DNA from: a virus
Taxonomy: Duplodnaviria; Caudoviricetes
Length of the DNA stretch: 41,524 bases
Direction: 5' to 3' (one strand)
IMG/VR virus record: IMGVR_UViG_3300025718_000162
Location: 1 to 41,524 of that record
Below, piece by piece: positions 36,917 to 41,524 of the stretch. The notes below the pieces were generated by a model. The model was not told where the DNA came from. It saw nothing but the letters and a program-made list of their open reading frames with translations, and did no database searches. The number at the start of each line of letters is the position of its first letter. Position 1 is the first letter of the stretch. The position numbers were made by a program, and so were the translations under genes.

Positions 36917-37441
36917 TTATAAACAGCTCTCAGTCAACACTATGCACCTGGGACAATTAGCTCTGCGCTTGATATAACCTTGTTCTTCCAGCTTAATTAA
37001 ATGACTATGCACAGTTGAGCTACTTCTAAGGCCCACGCCTACACAGATCTCGCGGACAGTCGGGGAGTACTGGTGAGGATAATCACGGATGAAGTCGAGG
37101 ATGGCCTGCTGCCTTGGATGTATACTATAGTCTTTTGGAATTACCTCTACCTCTTTTTTCTGCTTATCAGCCTTAATCCTCTTCTTTTTAGCAGGAGTAG
37201 GAATGGCTTTATCACTCAATACCGCGTGTAGACTACTTGTATTGATGATATCGCTTTCAGGCTGTTCACTTATACAGTTTTTTTCAATTAAGTCCACTTT
37301 ATATAAACCATTTATCGCTTCATCTAATCTCCGGCTAATTACTAAAACATCTGGATGTGATACTCCTTTGTTAAAGGCCGTTATATGCATCATTTGCCGT
37401 AGGCACTCTACCCTAGATGCTGAATATTGCATGACAAACAC
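36917..37441 (-). CDS. Spo0E-like domain fused to a LexA DNA-binding domain
   Basis: ECLRQMM...[15 protein letters not shown]; RQQAILDFI...[31 protein letters not shown]; no peptidase domain. Confidence 0.8.
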   Translation of the reverse strand: MFVMQYSASRVECLRQMMHITAFNKGVSHPDVLVISRRLDEAINGLYKVDLIEKNCISEQPESDIINTSSLHAVLSDKAIPTPAKKKRIKADKQKKEVEVIPKDYSIHPRQQAILDFIRDYPHQYSPTVREICVGVGLRSSSTVHSHLIKLEEQGYIKRRANCPRCIVLTESCL

Positions 37442-37445
37442 CTTC

Positions 37446-37679
37446 CTATTTTCTCTCTACGAACCATTTACCTTCATCATCAAACAAATAGACTTCCTTG
37501 TTACATATCCGGCAAGTGTATCGCGTGCCCAGTCCTCCGCCTTTAAGTGAAGGTGCTTGGCGAACATCAAGGACCCGGTCAATTTCAAATACCCGTCCAT
37601 CTTCCCATTTAATAGTTAGTGGACGAATATTGCCATTAATATCATGCTTAGCTGTGATTTCCACAAAAACTTTACTCAT
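37446..37679 (-). CDS. Small conserved protein of the dinB operon
   Basis: [19 protein letters not shown]...GG.G.RY.C. Confidence 0.8.
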   Translation of the reverse strand: MSKVFVEITAKHDINGNIRPLTIKWEDGRVFEIDRVLDVRQAPSLKGGGLGTRYTCRICNKEVYLFDDEGKWFVERK

Positions 37680-37686
37680 AATACAC

Positions 37687-38787
37687 CTACTTGAAATATG
37701 ATACTGGATGTATCACGTGATCTTCTTTAGGGTTAAATCCTGTTAATTTTCGATCAAGCAACATAGAGCAACGCTGGATACTATAATGTCCAAAGCGTTC
37801 ATGTAGATTATCTATGGTGGTCGCCAAGATTTCTGCATTTAAAATATTATTATCAAACAAATCAATTTGAATATGTCCATCAGCCGTCACCAGGTCGCTC
37901 CCTCGAACACCGAGACTACGAATAGGATTATCCCATCGATAGTTCTCAATAAAAAGTTCCATCGCCTTTCCTGCAATGTCATCAGATAAAAATGTTGGGC
38001 TTGCGACCTTACCCTGTCTCTCAAATGATAAAAGATCATTACCTCTTACGCTGATAGATACAGTCTTGCATTTAAGGCTGTGTTTCCGCAGTCTGGCTGC
38101 CACACTCTCTGCCAACACATACATAATTAGTTTGACGTCCTCATTATTTACCAAATCTCTAGGGGTAGTTGTACTATTTCCAATTGATTTAACAATATTC
38201 TCTTCGCCCGCTTGCCTTACCGGAGCTGAGTCAAGTCCATTGGCAAAATGCCATAACGTTTCTCCCCAGATCCCTAGTAGCAGCCTCAGATCATTGATGT
38301 CTCGTTTAGCAAGATCACCAATAGTATATATGGCACGTTTTTCAAGTTTACGCCTAGTAGAAATTCCAACATAAAGGAGCTCACCTACTGGCAACGGCCA
38401 TACTTTCTCGTGAAAATTTCCTTCTGTAATAACCGTTGTAGCGTCTGGTTTTTGCATATCGCTACCAAGCTTAGCAAAAATTTTATTAAAGGAAACGCCA
38501 ACGGATCCCGTAAGCCCAAGCTCTGCCCGCAGTCTCCTCCTAATAGTAGCTGCAAGCTCTAATCCGTTTCCAAAGATATCTTCCGTTCCAGTCACATCAA
38601 GCCAAGCCTCATCGATGCCGAATGGCTCAATTTGGCTAGTATAATCAGCATATATGGCCCGAGCTAATCTAGAAAATCTCATATATTTCTTAAAATCTGC
38701 CCGGACCATTACTAGTCCTGGGCATTTTTGTTTTGCTTGCCAAATGGCTTCACCAGTTTTAACACCAAGAGCCTTTGCAGGATAGTT
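37687..38787 (-). CDS. dinB: DNA polymerase IV, 3' exon
   Basis: Begins NYPAKALGVKTG right after the intron end; FGIDEAWLDVT, NKIFAKLGSD, KSIGNSTT. Confidence 0.93.
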   Translation of the reverse strand, partial: NYPAKALGVKTGEAIWQAKQKCPGLVMVRADFKKYMRFSRLARAIYADYTSQIEPFGIDEAWLDVTGTEDIFGNGLELAATIRRRLRAELGLTGSVGVSFNKIFAKLGSDMQKPDATTVITEGNFHEKVWPLPVGELLYVGISTRRKLEKRAIYTIGDLAKRDINDLRLLLGIWGETLWHFANGLDSAPVRQAGEENIVKSIGNSTTTPRDLVNNEDVKLIMYVLAESVAARLRKHSLKCKTVSISVRGNDLLSFERQGKVASPTFLSDDIAGKAMELFIENYRWDNPIRSLGVRGSDLVTADGHIQIDLFDNNILNAEILATTIDNLHERFGHYSIQRCSMLLDRKLTGFNPKEDHVIHPVSYFK

Positions 38788-41507
38788 ATCGCGATAGGTG
38801 AACCAACACTTTTACCCCAAAGAGCAGTCAGGCTGGTCTTTCCCCCGCTTCACACCGTGCATGCCACTTTCACGGCACACGGCGTTCCATCTATAAAGCT
38901 GTTTTGTTATTTGTAACCAGTTGTTCCCTATAATTTTGTATTTTCCTACGTGTTTTTGCATCAATATCAGTTATATCAGCAGAGAAGTCATGGACTAAAT
39001 GGAAGCAAAATTGATGCATTGATGCAAGATTACTAACCTTGTTCACTTTATTTAATGGTAGGTAAGGATTAATTTGATGCGTATATAGCGTACCGTTATA
39101 TAACCACCGACCACATACCCGACATTTAAATCTATCTCTGTTGAGAGCATATGCGCGATTCATGACAAATTCAAAATTGAGTGTGCTTGTTGCTAATCGC
39201 TTAGAAGCCATTTCGGAAAGTTTTTCCGATACAGATTCATCGAGTCGCGCTTTTTGCCGTGATTTCTTGGTTCTTTTTAAGTGCTTAACTCTACCTACAT
39301 CCGTATAAGGTGTTTCGTCTTGAATTTTTGCAAAGGGTTTATTCCACCTACAAAAGCCCAGGCTAGTGAAGCCAATGTAAATGTCTCTATATTTGATAGC
39401 CGGTATTTTAGTAGTGTACTGGTTATGTACATGCATCAGATTTCGGGTTTTATTAGCTTTAATCCATGTCCCGTTGTACTGCTTTAGTCGCTTTTTCCCA
39501 ACCCTTTGTAATCTATGTGCATGTTTGATTACTACGTTTGAAATTCGAGTGCAATTTTCGTAGTAATTTATCAATCCACGAATTTGGCTATTAATTAGAT
39601 TTATCTTTTGGATTGCCTGTTCTCTACTGGCATCTAATGGAATTCCCTTTATCTCTTTTGCTATAGTGTCCACTTTACTATTTAGCCTTTTCCTATCAGG
39701 GCGAGTTCGTGTAATATATCCTGTTCTGCTTTTCCCTCGGACAACTTTGTATTCATAACCAAGGAAATGGATATAGTTTTTGCGAACATCTGTTATTGCT
39801 GTCTTTTCTAAAGATAATGTTAACCGCATGTCTTTTTGTAGAAACTCCTGAACATTTTGTTTCCATATCTCCGCATGCTGACGACTATCAGTAAGGATAA
39901 CAAAATCGTCCGAATATCTAACTAGGTATCCAGGAATCAAATTGCTTCTTTCGCGCATGGCGATGATTTTAATGTCATGCCGTGTATAGGCAGTTCTAGT
40001 TTTCTTCCGTTCCCATTGAGAGCTTATCCACTCATCCATAATATCCATGTATACATTGGCTAACAGAGGTGAGAGTATGCCGCCCTGGGGCGTTCCATAC
40101 TCATTGACATCACATTCCCCAGCTATGCCAGCTTTCAGCATGGTTTTTATGATTTGTATGACTCGCCTATCTTTAATGCCAATATGATATAGGCGTTTAA
40201 GTAGAATGCTGTGGCTTATCTTGTCGAAGCACTTGCTGATATCCCCTTCAACAATCCAATAGTATCCAGTAAGATGAACTAGGTTGCTTATTCGGTATAA
40301 AGCCATGTGGGTATCCCTCATTGGTCGGAATCCGTATGAATGCTCGAAAAATTGGGCTTCCATAATTGGTTCTAATACTATTCTCATGCATTCTTGTACG
40401 ATTCTATCCCGAATAGAGGGTATTCCCAATGGGCGCTTTTCGACTTTTCCTGGCTTGTCAATATACACTCGGCGTATCTTTTTAGACTTGTAATTGATAA
40501 ATGCTTGCTGTATATCTTGTATAACCCACTCATAGGGCTTGCTAAGATAATACTTCATATTGCGTTTATCGGTGCCTGGTGTATAACTTCCTTTGTTAGC
40601 TTTAATGTTGTGTATTGCGGTTACAATTGTTGCTTCAGCAGACATTATTTCGATTAATCCCCTAAAGGATGGCCTTTGCCCACCGTCAAATGCTGATTTT
40701 GCTGATTGATATAATTCATCGCAGGTTTTTCGTAAGTCTGTATCAGTTTTGGGGTAGTCGAATTGTTGTGCCATATGCACCGCCCCCTTTCTGGTTTGGT
40801 GTTTATGGTTTTAGTCAGGTTTGCCTACGGCTTCCTCGACAGACTGGTTACATATTTACTTTATAGACTATGCCCCTTCGCTCCATAGGCATTACCCTAC
40901 TTCTTCACTACTACGGGCTGCTGCCCCACAAATTCTACAGGTCATTTCCTCCCTGTTCGGATAGGAGTATTACCCTCTTTACCTCGTATTGAGGCATCCG
41001 TTTGTGGTTCCTTTGTTCCCTGTATTCTAGCTTTTCATAACAGTTTTAGCCCACCCCTATAGCCCGACTGCCATCTTTATCTAATGTGATTTGTGATAAA
41101 GACATTTGACCTTAACGGTTTTCTGTTGAGCATTACGCAAAAATTTAATACTCAACGACAGTACCCTCACCAGGAGAGAAAGCGCTTCATTTCGCCGCTC
41201 CGTGCTTTACGAGCCGTACATTCGGAGTTTCGTCAGTTCCTTTCCACGGAACATTCTAGGCATGACTATTTTATAGCCCCCAGCAGGCGTAAATCATCTC
41301 AGATTCCGTTTCCGCCCTTCACCGAGCTTCATACGTTAAGTCTAATACTACTTAACGCATGTCGGAACATTAGGGATTTTGTTACCCATCACATCGGGTC
41401 AGATGGTATCTTCCACCATCAATTCAAATACAGAGTTCAGATGCAAATTCGCATCTGCCTAGTTTTATTGCATATTTCTATGCAGATTGTCTAGGAACAA
41501 AGCGCAC
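38788..41507 (-). mobile_element. Group II intron (2720 nt, bacterial class B-like) in dinB
   Basis: 5' GTGCG; domain V GAACGCCGTGTGCCGTGAAAGTGGCATGCACGGTGT; 3' end CCTATCGCGAT; EBS1 TTTTGC in a hairpin loop at 41137-41142. Confidence 0.95.
38891..40780 (-). CDS. ltrA: Intron-encoded reverse transcriptase/maturase with C-terminal En-like domain
   Basis: RPLGIP..DRIVQ, SYGFRP, GTPQGGILSPLLAN, YSDD, FLGY, RDRFKCRVC. Confidence 0.95.
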   Translation of the reverse strand: MHMAQQFDYPKTDTDLRKTCDELYQSAKSAFDGGQRPSFRGLIEIMSAEATIVTAIHNIKANKGSYTPGTDKRNMKYYLSKPYEWVIQDIQQAFINYKSKKIRRVYIDKPGKVEKRPLGIPSIRDRIVQECMRIVLEPIMEAQFFEHSYGFRPMRDTHMALYRISNLVHLTGYYWIVEGDISKCFDKISHSILLKRLYHIGIKDRRVIQIIKTMLKAGIAGECDVNEYGTPQGGILSPLLANVYMDIMDEWISSQWERKKTRTAYTRHDIKIIAMRERSNLIPGYLVRYSDDFVILTDSRQHAEIWKQNVQEFLQKDMRLTLSLEKTAITDVRKNYIHFLGYEYKVVRGKSRTGYITRTRPDRKRLNSKVDTIAKEIKGIPLDASREQAIQKINLINSQIRGLINYYENCTRISNVVIKHAHRLQRVGKKRLKQYNGTWIKANKTRNLMHVHNQYTTKIPAIKYRDIYIGFTSLGFCRWNKPFAKIQDETPYTDVGRVKHLKRTKKSRQKARLDESVSEKLSEMASKRLATSTLNFEFVMNRAYALNRDRFKCRVCGRWLYNGTLYTHQINPYLPLNKVNKVSNLASMHQFCFHLVHDFSADITDIDAKTRRKIQNYREQLVTNNKTAL

Positions 41508-41524
41508 TTTTGCAAGTACAATGC
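41508..41524 (-). CDS. dinB: Fragment of a second dinB 5' exon
   Basis: (G)GC ATT GTA CTT GCA AAA = GIVLAK, with different codons from 100-117. Confidence 0.7.

Noticed and set aside
38891-40780. DGR, retron or defence RT
   Set aside because: Clear group II intron boundaries, domain V and a split host gene; no TR/VR pair seen

Overview
A 41.5 kb AT-rich mobile element from a Bacillota host. The SOS box, Spo0E-like domain and sporulation-type promoters suggest a spore-former; Negativicutes-like is a guess. Bases 1-99 are identical to 41409-41507, the 5' end of a group II intron. Joining them restores one SOS-regulated dinB (exon 1 237-100, intron 41507-38788, exon 2 38787-37687), so the window most simply reads as a complete circular plasmid of about 41.4 kb. 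The backbone has a Rep_3-type initiator with iterons and a DnaA box, ParA and ParM partition modules, a tyrosine resolvase, a RelE-type toxin-antitoxin pair, a KfrA-like coiled-coil protein and a pilin-like/coupling-ATPase operon behind a sigmaE-like promoter. It also carries two phage-satellite-like replication modules (primase-SF3 helicase; VirE plus DUF3991 primase), each with its own iteron origin. There are two tandem cos-like-site/small-terminase cassettes and a lone tape measure protein, with no capsid, portal, large terminase, other tail or lysis gene, consistent with a helper-dependent 'natural cosmid'. Unexplained non-coding structure includes two dense arrays of mutually different short palindromes (19087-19450, 20984-21212), a compact kissing-loop RNA convergent with a PBECR-type nuclease gene (34312-34436), and a leader with two hairpins displaying an identical 19-nt loop (17535-17628). 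All family assignments are by eye from motifs; no searches were run.
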